Assembly: GCA_028023455.1 (NCBI GenBank)
Contig: JAQFVV010000010.1
Span: 12,586,001-12,650,000 of the forward strand
Direction of reading: 5' to 3'
DNA: 64,000 nucleotides
Source: Epiperipatus broadwayi
Lineage: Eukaryota; Animalia; Onychophora
The notes below the pieces were generated by a model, which worked only from the letters and a program-made list of their open reading frames with translations, was not told the origin of the DNA and made no database searches. How positions within the stretch are numbered: the stretch's first letter is position 1; each line of letters starts with the position of its first letter. The position numbers and the translations under genes were made by a program. This document shows positions 1 to 12,726 of this stretch, one piece after another.

Positions 1-374
1 TGATTACCCAGATACTATATAAAAATCCTAGGTAAATTTGTTTAGAAATCTTGATAAAACTTTTAAATTTTATTTCAAGAGTGAACTTTTGAAATTTATT
101 TCTAGCTAGAATTGTTAAAATATTATTTCTATTTATTAATTTTAAAATATATGTAAAAAAGCACTTGATTATTTGAAAATATTATAGTTCTAATAAGTGG
201 TCATATTTGTGTTTTAAATGTTAAATATTTCTCATATGTTTTTTTTTATCTTTTAATAAATAAGTATAAATTATTAGTGTGATTTGCATTTTTCTCTCTC
301 TCACTTTACCTAAAAATAGATAATTGTATTTTAGATATTCTGTGTTGCCGATCTCATGTTTAAATAGTTAACCA

Positions 375-430
375 TGGGTCTAGTGCTTGAAGCGTATTAA
401 TGTCATCACATGGGTTCGAGTCAAACAGCT
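375..430 (+). mobile_element. Possible tRNA-derived SINE head remnant
   Basis: A-box-like TGGGTCTAGTG and B-box-like GGTTCGAGTC about 35 nt apart. Confidence 0.35.
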
Positions 431-1628
431 GGATGGTGCTCATAGGATTTAAACCCATTATAAATATCCCCATGAGATGTGCCAATGCTTCTTGCAGTAG
501 GGAGGGGTACCACAATCTGGAAAATATTTTTATTAAATCTCGTTCTGACCGGGGGTATGATTAATATGAAAGTATTGATCATATTTTACTTCTCTGCTTG
601 AATAGTGGGGTCTAAATACAAGGTATTAAAGATTAATATGATCTAATAAAATAGAGTAATAAATAAGTAAATAGTCTTAGAAGAAATCATAAAGGAAATT
701 TAAATCCCGTTACTATATAATACCAAAAATATTTTCATTAATTACTCAGAATAACATTAATATATAAATAAATAAAATCTACAGTGAGTATTTTTGCTTT
801 TTTTTTATTGATACTTACCATTTGCTTTTAATTAAATGATTAATGCATGGAATCTATTTTCAGGCCTGCCAACATTCTATCTCTATAATCTGGCTATTGT
901 AAACAATCTATAAACTTTTATATATCTTTGTAAACAGTTAGCTGGTGGGTCTTACCTACTTGTTGCAAAATTTTCACATGCATGGCAACAAGAGATCAAA
1001 CTTGATGTTCACTTTTCTTCCTAGGGACATTGAAAAATTCACAAAGTCATCTTATTAACTTAAAAGTTATCAAAATGCTCTTGATGTCCAATTGAATATT
1101 TAATAAATAATAAAGTAAAAATAAATTTATAATATTAAGAATCCAAAGATTTATGCACCTTTATTAACTTATTGTGAAAGTAAAGATATTAATAATCAAA
1201 TTTTAAATTGTACATTATGATGATGCAAGCCATGCAGGATTCATTTCAGGGGATTCTCTTCATAAACTTTACCAAGTCTTCAAACATAATCAATTACAAA
1301 TCAGAATAGGTTTGAATCTTATTTATATTAAGCAGATTTTATTTGCGCTGTTTGGAAATGTAAAAGATAAAATATTGGCTGTTGTAAAATGTGATGGTTT
1401 TGATAGTTTATAAGTACATGTATGATATAAGCAATTCCAATTTTTCATAAACTGCGTAGATAGTTGTGAATATATATTTCAGGTTTGTCCATCGATACAT
1501 TGTTTGTTATTAATTTTAGAATTATAGTAACTGATGTTTGTGACATTTTTTGAATATTTAAATGATATCTGACATGATTCAGCAGAAGTATTGTTGTAAT
1601 TCTAACATTAATAACAATAAAATATATA

Positions 1629-1782
1629 AACCACTAAACATTACATGATCACCATCTCATGCTAGCACATAACTGTTAGTAAACAGGCAAAAACTCTCCA
1701 TACAGCAGTGCCACCCTGTGCTAACCAGAGTACTCTGGTTAGCACAGAGTGGCACTGCTGTATGGAGAGTTTTTGCCTGTTT
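1629..1782. repeat. Family H1 end fragment folded into a 102 bp near-perfect palindrome (1681-1782)
   Basis: aaacaggcaaaaactctccatacagcagtgccac...gtggcactgctgtatggagagtttttgcctgttt, one mismatch. Flanked by aataaaat(a/g)tata at 1616-1628 and 1783-1795. Confidence 0.9.
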
Positions 1783-2889
1783 AATAAAATGTATACTTAG
1801 ACAAATTTGAAATATATGTTAATATATTATGCCAGAACATTAGGATACATGGGTTTAAACTCTCTATTTCACTAAAAATAAAAGAGTATATTCTTTAATA
1901 AAAATAATGAATCATGTTTTTATTGTATTTAATTAATGGGTTCCAATGATATAACAGATATGTAAAGCCCTGTATGGATATATAATTCAAATATAGTGTT
2001 CGGGTTTATTAAACTTTGAAAAAAGAAAGGGAAAACAAAAAATAATGACTTTGTAATAATTTTTTTTTTAAATTTAAATATGTAATATGAAGGAATATTT
2101 TTTCTTTGCGTGTCTGTAATTAACAGATCTATAGATCTAGTAATTTAATTCTTTTGTAAATAACAAAGTTAGATTAATTGAAAACCAAAAATAAAGATAA
2201 GTAAAAATTTTGTTAATTAGGTTTGTATGGCTATGATCACATATTCAGAAATTATAGGCTATAAAATAAGTGGGACTTCATTGTTTTTTGCTTTTTGTCT
2301 GGAGCTGAACTGAAGTGAAAAAAGTAAATTTACCACTAGAAAAAAAGTCAACCACTGCTGAAAATTGCTTTTGATTATCGAGTCTAAAGTACCAGCTCAC
2401 TTATAATATACAGAGATGGAAAATAATTTCTATAATAAAAGCGATAATATGAGTGTCTAAAACCCCACTTTTATAAGTGCTTGCCACATTTGTTCACTAG
2501 AGATGGCTACCAATCATTTAGAACATTCTTTTCTGCTAAATGTGTGATATTTTTTTTGTCCGCGCAAATTTTTTGTTTTTTGTGTTGTTTTTTGCCTTTT
2601 AAAAGGATAAATTGGGTTTGTGAAAGGGGTTTGGGGCTTAAGGGGTAAGAGGTTGGGAAACGCCTATCCTCGCAAATAAATTAAATAAATGATGTTTAAA
2701 GTTAAAGTTTTAAAAGACAAGTTAAAATTAAATGCTATTTTATTGTTGATAAGATTAATATTTAATAAATGAATATAAATTTTTAATTATTAGTGTTCCA
2801 TGATAGAGATTATTTTGTTTTAATATATCGATTTTTTTTAAAGTTGTAATAAGTATTTTTATTTTAAAATTTCTTTAAAAAGTTGTTGT

Positions 2890-3430
2890 TTTTAGTACGT
2901 GGTGAAAAAGAAAACTGGGGGTTTTAGAAAGTTGCAAACTTTTAAAATTGATAAATTTATAAATATTTTTGGCACGGAAATAAAAATAAGTAATTATGTG
3001 AAATATTAATCTGTTTTAAAATATAAAACTAATGAATAAATAGCTTTTGTTTTAAAATATCTTATAGTTTAAATGAAATAAGAAGTTTTTTAAAGTATAG
3101 TTTAATAATGTGTATTATTTAGATTTAATATGGTAAATATATGTCTTTTTTTTTTATTGCTTGTTGGTGAATGTAAATAAGGCAGTCATTGTTTAATTCC
3201 CATCAGGGGGTTTTCTCCGTATAAAACCAAATTCATTGTTTGAGGGCTGTGTTGAAATTCTTAAAGAAGGTTAAATAGTTTAGAAATTTTTTAAAGGGTA
3301 TTTTATATATTATAAAGTTACCAATGAGTATTATTGTAATTCCCTATTATCGTTCTTACGAAGAAATTTACTATCAAATATCGAAGAGAGGTAAAGGGTG
3401 GAAAATTGCAATTGCAGGAGTGTAGATCGT
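2890..3430 (-). pseudogene. nad4: nad4 fragment (NUMT)
   Basis: Motifs in correct order with frameshifts: IF..LPLF..W, ER..GITMM..YSLVTL, ENPLMGIKQWLPYLH (KxPxxGxHxWLPKAH-like), then CNF..PP. Confidence 0.6.
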
Positions 3431-3859
3431 TGGTTATATAAATTAAAGATGTAGTTGTTTTTATAAATTAGATATTTAAGTTCTTTATGAAGAAGTAAAT
3501 AAATCGGTATATAACTTAAGTGTAAATAGTTTTATAAGTTTGCGTGTCTTTATGTTTAAAGCAAATTTTAATTTAAAGCAATAATGAAAATAGGGTAAAG
3601 CCCTATAAATAAATATATATATCTGTATAAAGTTAAAAGAGCTACCTAAATGTCGTATGGAAAAATCAATAAAGGATTCCAAAAAAAGGAAAATAATTAA
3701 AGTTGTAAATTATGGCTATTAAAAATAATACTTTTAATAATATATTTTTCCTTAAGAGAATCGTTATAACTTTTTTTTTTTTTGTTTTAAATACTTCTTT
3801 TTAAAATTTTCTTTTTTGTATAAAATTTGAAAAAAGGTGTACCAAAAAAGAGTGTTTGG

Positions 3860-4215
3860 TGAAATTGTGCCGGAAAAGACAAAGCGGAAAGAAGCCCTGG
3901 TGTTACGTAATATGTCTCAATTATAACTAACATAAATATTAATTAATTATTGGTTTATTAAAGATAGGAAGGTCTTTTTTTTTTTAAAAAAATAATAACT
4001 AAATATATATATTTTTTTGCTAAGTTTTTTTATAATTATACAACATTTTTAGATGTTGTTGGTGAATGTGTTTTTTGTAATGGAATCTGGAGGTCTTGGA
4101 CGGTGTACTTGAAGGTTTCGGTAAAAATTGGTAATAATATATATTTGTGTTTTACTTGTTTTCTTTAGATCACTAATGTTGATGTTATTGAATGGATGTA
4201 TTATATTTAAATAAT
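3860..4215 (+). pseudogene. atp6 fragments joined to cox3 C-terminal fragments (NUMT)
   Basis: IVPEKT, ALVLR-NM and VMESG (atp6-like), then DGV, GF-G...IG and H-VDVIW..LY (cox3 HFVDVVWLFLY-like). Confidence 0.5.
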
Positions 4216-4389
4216 ATACACACCAAGTTAAAATAGTTTTTTTTATATGCTCTTTTAAATTGTGTATAATTTAGTACAATATATGTACCTTTAGAAATAT
4301 TTATGTTCTTTGGATGTTTATGTTTTGTTCCATATTAGAAATCATTTATTATATTAGGAGTTTTTTTGTTTTTTTTAGTATGGGTTTAG

Positions 4390-4510
4390 TTTTTTTTTTT
4401 TTTATAGTGGTTGATTTTTAATTATATTTTGTTGAAGTTGTAATATATGTGGTTAGGTTTTGTTTTTTTTTTTAAATTGGCTTGTTTTATGAAATAAAGG
4501 GTTAAAATGA
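4390..4510 (+). pseudogene. nad3: nad3 C-terminal fragment (NUMT)
   Basis: ...FVEVVM (FDVEI-like) and IGLFYE..G (GLYHEWxxG-like), directly after the cox3 remnant. Confidence 0.5.
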
Positions 4511-5059
4511 TTTTGAGGAGAGTTTTATAACGGAATAGGATAGTAGTAAAAAGTATGTTAAAATGCAAATTAGATTTTATTTAGCTTATACTTATAAAAT
4601 TGATTTGATAATTTAAATAATTTAAAAGTTGTTTTTATAAGATGCATATGAGAATAAAATATTATATTGTTGTATCTACAATTATATCATTGTACTTAAT
4701 TATATTTGGTCATATGATAATAAATTACTATACTATATATAAATATAGTAGGTTTAGTGAATAGTTTTATTATAAGTTGGTTTACTTCTATGTCTGATGT
4801 ATCTACTAGATCTTTCTTATATTATTGTATAGTATGTTTATGTAAATTAAAGTCTAAATTATTGATTTATTAAGAAATTTTGGGTATAAATTATCTACTT
4901 TAGTTATGGAAATAGTAACGTTAAATTTGTATTTTTTCTTATTTGTTTTTTTCTTTAATTTTATTTAAATGAAATAGTGTAAATAAATTATTTGTTAAGT
5001 TATGTAAATAATTTGTTAATTGTTTTAAAAGGTGTTGAGTTCTTATTTTACACCACAGC

Positions 5060-5730
5060 TTTGACAACAGATAATTTGAATAAACATAATATTTGCAAAT
5101 ATGAATTTATTATTTTACTATTTGAAAAAGAAAATAACATTTTATTAATATAATTTATAGAAATTGATTGACATTAAATATAATATTACAATGTCATAAG
5201 GTAATTATAATGCAATATAAGAGTATAAGATTATTTATTACAGATTGTTAAATTATAAGATTTTGGTATATTTTAAAATTAAGATACTATATGGAAATAA
5301 AGAATGATATGATCTATTTATTTTCTTAATGATTAAAAGTATACCAATAGATAAGATTAAGATATACCCTAAAGATTATTATTGTTAGTGATTATTATTA
5401 GAATAAGTTAGGTGTATTTAGGTTTGATATTAAATCCTTATCATTCCTATCTACATGAATTATTATTACTTTAAGATAATTAGAAGAACTGAGATTATTT
5501 AATTATAGTTATTTAACAAAAGATTGAGATCTATTTATTTATTATTATTAAAGATAATTCATTTATAAAAGATAGGAATGCTGTAGAGTTAGTAATAAGA
5601 TAATAAAGAGTAATAGTATTCTTATGCCATTGAGAAGTGTCTTGGAGAGACATTGACTCAATGTAAATCTGATTACCAATTGTAAATTCACTTCACAGTC
5701 TCATGATTTTAATTAAATATTTATTTAATT
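5060..5730 (-). pseudogene. nad2: nad2 fragment (NUMT)
   Basis: SW..W.S.EF, ITLYYLI..STAFL and YQT..HLTYS..NH (NQTSLRKLMAFSSINH-like). Confidence 0.5.
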
Positions 5731-6399
5731 AGTATATAATATTGAACTAAATTAATTTTGATAAGTTTGGAATAAATCTGATAAGTTTTAATATTATAAA
5801 AATATATTAAAGATAGTTGTACATATTTTAGCCGAGCATAATAATTTGATTGAGCTAGTCATATTTTAAATTATATCATACATCGAGAAGTGAGGGTACA
5901 ATATATAGTATGCTGAGAGGGATAAAAATTCATGTAAATGATGTAACCTCATCGCCAATGCTTTATAAGAGACCAGACCAGCAAACCAATACAAAATTAT
6001 TAGTGTACCTCTGTATATTATGGGAAAGACTGTATATAAAGCAGAAGCTTCTATTGTAGAAGCATCAATCACCAATTATTAACCATGGAAGTGAAATTTA
6101 AACCCAGAATTATGACAAGTATGCATAGTGACTTTGAATAAATGTGCACACATATACCATTTTAGACTTTAAGCTGAAGTGACAAGCCATGGGTGAGAAT
6201 ACATTTATTAATTGTATTATTTTTTTATTATTAATATTAGTAGTTTGTATTTAAGGTAATTTTAAATGTTTTCATTCTGTGATTATGTGTTTTAAATAAT
6301 TATTATTGGTTCTGTGTAGAAAGAAAATGTTCTTTATTATTATTAAATTGTTAATTTTATTATAATCCCTCTTCTGTGTATTTAAATGGACATATTAAG

Positions 6400-6755
6400 A
6401 TACTACATATGAGGGGTCAAATTGACCCAAGATCAACATGTGTCTGACTGTAATATTGGCATCATCAAGGACTTTGAGCATTTCATCATCAGATTTTCTG
6501 TGATATGGATGGCAAAAAATTTGAAGTCTAGAGAGGATTGAAGCCTGTCTATATCTTAATATAAACTGAGCACTGATTATATATATGTGTGGGAGATGAT
6601 GATCCTGACCAGTTGATGAGTGCTTGTTCAGCATGAAATATGTATATTGGAGATCATTTATCTTTTTCACATGTATGTGATCATGTATATCGGTTATATT
6701 GGATAGAGTGAATGACTGAAGGGAGCTTGAAAGTCTAGGTTCAAATCCCCTTTAA
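6400..6755 (+). mobile_element. Family H2 short repeat with hammerhead motif
   Basis: 6620-6755 is shared with 37476-37800. Confidence 0.7.
6598..6658 (+). ncRNA. Type I hammerhead ribozyme motif (C3>U, slightly decayed)
   Basis: GATGATC-cUGA bulge-CCAG / UUGAUGA / GUGCU-UGUUC-AGCAU / GAAA / AUAUGUAU self-complementary helix III / UA / UUGG-a-GAUCAUU. Confidence 0.7.
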
Positions 6756-7342
6756 TTATAAATGCCATTATGAAGCCAAATGTTTGCAATATAGAGGATA
6801 TAAAAAAATAATACTTAGAGAATACTGGAATTTCATAAATATACATATTTTGGATAACTGTTTATAATATATCTTACCCTATTTGGATTAGTGGATATCA
6901 TTGAATTATTTGAAGCTCATGGAATAGACATTTGAACTATTGTGTTTCTTGGAGTACTTACATAGTAGGACTTGAACTACTAATGTGTATTTTATTTATA
7001 TATTTATTTGTATTATATTTTAATAACATTATTGGTTATCATATTATTAGGTTTTAAATAGTTTGTTTATATATGTAAAATAAAAGATAAGTTAAGCCTT
7101 AATTTACAATTATATTATAAATTTTAATGTTAAAATTCTAATTTATAATATCATATGTTTATTTGTTAACTGTAAATTATTTTTAATATATGTGTTATGA
7201 GTATTAAAAACTGGATTAATTATATTGTAAAAATTATTTATTGATATTATATTTTGAAAAAAATTGTGAACATTATATAATCATCATTAGTTTCTTATAT
7301 TTTTAATCTTGTGTGTGTATATTGTAATGGTAGCTCTATTTA

Positions 7343-10101
7343 TCCTGATCACAGAGGGCACCACCAGATTTAAATATAAAGGCCATAGAATCGACAAAGA
7401 TTATGTTGTGGAAATGGGATGGAGCAGAATATGGGAAAACTTAGACAGGGGAATGGAAAATAAAGTGGCTAACAGGTTTCTCTGGGCATAATTGTTGAGA
7501 GATTCTTGACTCCGTTTAAGGAGAAGCTACAGTACATCACATCACATCATGGAAAATTTATTTACTGTGATCAAAATGGATGAGGATGATGGGTTGCTCC
7601 GACTAGATTCAAGGAGAAACAAGATCTCTTAAATATTGTTTAGACAATTAAGAAATAAAAGCACTAGGACAAACGTCAGCCAAATTAAGTTTATACACAT
7701 TTTAAAATTTTATTTAAGAGAGATATAAATCATGAAATAAATGTTTATGACACACGAAATAGGGTTGGCTCAGGCGTGTACCAGAAAGACTAAAATTCAA
7801 TGCTCTGGCAGACAGACTGATTTTCTAATAGAGAATTAGAAAGGGAGAGAACAAATTTCTTTCAGCAGGGAATTCACCACAACACTGTTTCCATTCACAG
7901 ATACGAAAACAATACGTTCTTGAACTAAATCAACTAAACCAGCGCCAGCGAGCATTTCTTGGCCCGGAAAATGCGTTGGGATCAAGAGTGTCATATGCGA
8001 GTAGGGGCTGCATGTTATACTACATTTAAAGCAAACATGATTGATTTACCCCAAGAACAAAAGAAAAATATGATTAATACGTCGGAGTATAAATTATACA
8101 AACAGGAGGAAATTTATATCTCCAGTTTAATGAAATAACGAACTTAGAAAATACTCAGATGTAAATGATTTCAAATTTATAAAATATTAAACCTAAGATA
8201 AAAAGAAAACTGACATTTAAAACTGGCGAATCCCCAACCAAATGATTGGAAAAAAGTTATCTGAGAAGATTAATTAGAGTTCTCAGTGGGAAATAAGTAA
8301 ATAATTAGAAAACCAGTTACATCTGCCCAAGCATTTCAAGAAAGTGAATTACAATAAACTTATAAACCAAGTTCTGAATACACGCTCTGATAAAATTTAA
8401 AGCCACACATAAAGACAAAATAAATCTAACAAGCAAATATAAATGCTGACCTAGATTTTTTTATAAGTTAGTTTATCAGAGAGTGCATATGAGCAGAAAA
8501 TATTAAAACATTAAATGCCTTAGCAGAAAGGTTTCTTTCCTTATAATTTATAAAAGGGAATTAATATTATCTTCCTGCTGGTGACTTATAAAAGAACAAC
8601 AATCCTAGCTTCCCGATTCAGAGATATATGAAAAATATACGGTCTTGCAGGAAATCGACGAAACTGCACCAGCGAGCATTTCCTGCCCGGAATAATGCAT
8701 CGAGACAAGAATGTAATATTGCCAGTGCAACGGCTCTCCAATATACTGCCTTTAAGGTAATTCGGGGTCGATTTCCATGCAAGACAAACGAAAAATATGA
8801 TTACGATCTTTCGTAATCTAGAAAATAAGAAAATAAATCTCTAACTACAGAAAATCAAAACAATAAACACGATAAACTGCCACTCAAAAGATTTTGCGGT
8901 TTGCAAAAACGCAAATACAGTATTTTAAATCAATTATTGAACAATAAACTAAATACAGGTGAGCCAATTTAAAATTACACAAGACTGCTAAAGCATTTAT
9001 AAAAAGTTAAGCATATAAATAGAGATATATTAAACATATAAAAATATAAACTGATTAGACACTCTCCGAAAAACAAAATTGAAAGCAATCTTGGAATCTT
9101 AAAATTAAGACTCCAAAACACATTATTAATACAATAAAAAGCAAATACAGTGACTAAATAGAAAGTTAAATAATTATAAAGACTGCAAATTTATTAGATC
9201 GAGCGGAGATTTAACTAAAAGAATTTACCCTGGCAAGAATGAAAGAAAAATATTTAACTTACAGTAAAGCAAAGTTCACATATTTTAAGGAGTGCGCACT
9301 TTTATTTAAGTTCATATTTCAGGTGTTTTGACAGCGGCAGGTATGGGGGCATTGGGGATCCAGCCTACCTTAGACTTTTACAGCACGATTGAGGGAGAGT
9401 CGGCAGGCATGGGTCTGTCTTTTGGGTTAGGCTAGCAAGACATTTTGATAATGACAAAACGTAGAGTAGTAGATTTTGATATCCTGTAAGCAACGAAATC
9501 TGTTAACAATTACAAGTTTTTAAAAGGAATTAAATGTCCAAACTGCTACCAAGGTGCTATGAATCTCAGCAGGCTATAATCAAAGTGTGTAAAGGAATAC
9601 TGGATCTCACTTTGAAACAGCTTGTTAGTCAAGAATAATCTAAAACTATTACCCCCAAATTTGCAGGGGGGGGGGTATTTATACCATGCTACATTTCTCA
9701 CGAAAACTTTTCTTGTTGTCTATTTCTACGCCTTAGGACAGGGCAGATCTCAATCTCCTGCTCAATCTAATGAGGAATTCCAACCAGGGATTATTTTAAA
9801 CAAAAACAAGAACACAAAATTAAATCTGTGCTTTTAGAATGAACTTAGAAATGACCAAAATAAAAGCTTGCCTTTAATCAAATTGATTAAAAACAAGCGG
9901 TGAAAGAAAACTAGTTTAAAATCAATTCTATAAAAAAAAATTAAAATGACCTATTTTAAATATAAATGAGTATGTGTTTTAATACACGTACTCTTTTTAA
10001 ATAATTGAAAATTTTTTTAACATTAGAAATTTTACGAAAATTAAAAGTTTTTTAATTTTTGATAATAAAACCATTGAATTGGATATCAATCCGGTTCAAT
10101 A
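7343..10101 (-). mobile_element. Unclassified 2.8 kb cassette, copy 1 (decayed coding blocks antisense to AQR)
   Basis: Collinear with 17000-19170; contains two internal copies of a GQEMLAGAG..D..Q.RI.F block. Confidence 0.75.
9676..9705 (-). promoter_or_regulatory. TATA box plus decayed E2F-like site in cassette copy 1
   Basis: TATAAATA (minus) 10 nt from TTTCTCACGAAA. Confidence 0.4.
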
Positions 10102-11238
10102 TCAGCACTTTTATTTTACATAGTTCTTTAATTTATATGGAAGACATAAAATAAGCAAATCTTTCCTATATAAGTACATATTTTTATTAATATTAATTCA
10201 GATGAAGGATATACTTCATGATATTTAATTTGAATATGTATTACAGACATTTTTATTATTTATTTATCATTTTTTATATTTATTATTAGTAAGTATTAAT
10301 TAATTCAGTTAAACAAATAAACTTATTTCAGTGGTCATTTCAATTAGTAATGCAAATATATTGGCTAATAGAATTTAAATATTTAGTGATTAGGTATATT
10401 GACTTACATCTTACATTTTATAATAAATAATTATAAAATATTCCAGGAATCAAATGATTGGATTGTTAAGTGCATATATTGTGATGTATTATTCTCTTTC
10501 TTGTAAAGTCAATAATCATTATTATTTGAGTTAGATACACATTTTTATATGATAATAGATTAATTAATTTATTATAGCTGGATGTTTGGTAGCTAATTAG
10601 AAGATCATTGTAATTATTTTAATGGTTATATAATTATTATTTTGGAAAAAATTCATATTTGAATCAGTTTAATAATTTATAAGGCATAAGTATCTTAATT
10701 TATTCAAGATAAACAAAGCTATTATAATTAAATGTTAATGTATTAATTTAAATTATTACTTGTTGAATATGTATTATAAAAATTTATTATTCGATTAGAA
10801 AGATAATAATTTTATGTTGGTATAAAATGGATATTTATATGAACTGATATTGATATTCTAATTATACTAATTAGAATGATTTAATTTGTTTAGATTTGAA
10901 GCTTATTGATGTAATTTATGTTTAATTTAGATATTAAGCTTTTAATATTCACGCTTGTTTAAAATAGATCATTAATGTTACCATGTATATTATAACTAGT
11001 TGTAATGTGGTGTTTTATGTTTATGTTTTGTTAATTTAAGGGATAACTCATTGTAATTTGTTAGCAGTATTTATTCGTAAGAGTATTAAGTAAGAATCTT
11101 TCATATATTTTATGTTCTTATTGTCTGGATATCGTAATTTGTAAGGTTATTTGAAGTATTGGTTTTCGTTTTTATATCATTATAATTTAGCCCAAATCAT
11201 GAGGTATTTAGAGAAGTTGATTTTGTATATTTTGTTTT

Positions 11239-11770
11239 AAAACAGGCAAAACTCTCCATACAGTAGTGCCACTCATGAGCAAACATAAGAAATGGTGTGC
11301 ATATGATGTTTAGTGGTTTAATACCAATCCTGCCTAATAGGATAGTGGTGGCTATGGTTATTAAAAAACCAAAAATATCAAAATGTATGGGTACTGAACT
11401 GAGTTCAGACCTATATAATTATATAAACTAATGAGCTTGAATTGAAAATATTAAAATATTATTGTGTTTTCAATTTTATTTTCATAGTTTTGTAGTTAAG
11501 TAGAGATAAAAGGTGGCTGCTGGAGGGTTGCATTAAATCCTAAGATCTAGGTGCAGTGCTCTCAGATTCACGACTCCTCACTCATGAAAGCCACAAGCTA
11601 GAAACTAGTCTGGGGATATTGGATGAGTAGGCACTAGATAGGGATTTTATGCATAAGTCTTCTGGCTTCCATTGATTACTCTGGCTTGCACTGAATGGCA
11701 CTAATATATGGAGAGTTTTGTCTGTTTTAATAACAGTTATGAGCAAGCATAAGAAATGGTGATGATGTGA
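11239..11770 (+). mobile_element. Family H1 element with inverted end piece and 13 bp TSD
   Basis: tatattttgtttt at 11226-11238 and 11771-11783; body matches 62215-62600. Confidence 0.85.
11575..11616 (+). ncRNA. Decayed type I hammerhead motif (H1)
   Basis: UCCUCA / CUCAUGA (G5>C) / aAGCC-ACAA-GCUA / GAAAC-UA-GUC / UGGGGA. Confidence 0.6.
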
Positions 11771-12289
11771 TATATTTTGTTTTGTCATAGTATTAGCATT
11801 GTAAGATTTTATTCCATTACAATCTGATGCTGTAAATTTTTGAAATATTTAGAGAGAATCACATGGGTTCTAGCAGTTATAAGTTGATGTACACAAATTT
11901 GTAGATCATAATGAAGCTTTGTATTATCAATACCTTATATATTTCTGTACCATTACAATTTGGCATTTCTAATTGAAGGTTTAAATGTGAGCTAGTCAGC
12001 GAATTTTTCACACCTTATCATCATTGTCAATTTTTATTCTATTATAATTGACGTCGCAATTCATGGCGTGTTATTAAACCAATATCATTTTCTCATTGCA
12101 TATTTTTATATCATTACAAATTTGGGACTATTAAATAAGAGCCTTTCACTACTTTTATCCCATTATAATAGATATAAAAATCAATCACATAATACTTAAT
12201 CCATTTCCAACAAACAATTCCTATATTTAGTTTCTTTTCGTTTAATAATTTCATGTATATAAAGTAAAACATCAAATCATTAATAAAAC

Positions 12290-12726
12290 ATAGAGTCATA
12301 TATCACATGATCCCATTTCTTTTTTAATCTTATAAAATATAAACAAAGAGCTTAGCCAGAGAAAGCATTTAAAATATCTCTATTAGAAACCACACCCAAA
12401 CCCCTGACCAATGGTTTCGTGCTTTGGCACTCCTCAGAGAGGAAGTAGAGTAGTTTCAGATACTAGATATAAAAATACCAACCCAAAGCCATCACTTATC
12501 GAAGAATTAACCATTGAGTAGAAAATCTGAAATTTTCAGACACTAAATGTCTTCAAACCCAGCTATCTAACTCAAATAGCTATATGGGGCTGAGAAATCT
12601 TCAGCCAAACCATATATTAGTAGTCTTAGCAATATAACATCACTTAAGACTTAAAGCAAAGACTATAAATAGTCAATAATAAATAGAGTCATATATCACA
12701 TGACCCCATTTCTTTTTTAAGCTTAT
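12290..12726 (-). mobile_element. Family H4 (H1-related) ~393 bp unit with terminal direct repeats
   Basis: About 44 bp repeat atagagtcatatatcacatga(t/c)cccatttcttttttaa at 12290 and 12683; body matches 61150-61400. Confidence 0.8.
12401..12442 (-). ncRNA. Apparently intact type I hammerhead ribozyme
   Basis: Minus strand CCUCU / CUGAGGA / GUGC-CAAA-GCAC / GAAA / CC-AUU-GG / UC / AGGGG: all core nucleotides present and three paired helices. Confidence 0.88.

Larger units (their letters stand above)
2550..5800. pseudogene. NUMT-like patchwork of degraded mitochondrial genes
   Basis: Strong G+T skew on + and broken mitochondrial-code motifs: nad4 (-), nad4L-like (-), atp6/cox3/nad3 (+), nad2 (-). 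No intact ORFs. Confidence 0.7.

Noticed and set aside
3860-3915. 12S rRNA-like GTGCC...GCGG motif
   Set aside because: The spacing does not fit GTGCCAGCAGCCGCGG; it reads better as atp6 fragments. No rRNA is called.
5950-5985. GCGATGAG...ATGAA hammerhead-like string on the minus strand
   Set aside because: The core is broken and the stems do not pair convincingly.
7700-8060. Plus-strand reading of the cassette (QIRKQYVLELNQ...)
   Set aside because: Synonymous changes among the three homologous blocks favour the minus-strand frame.
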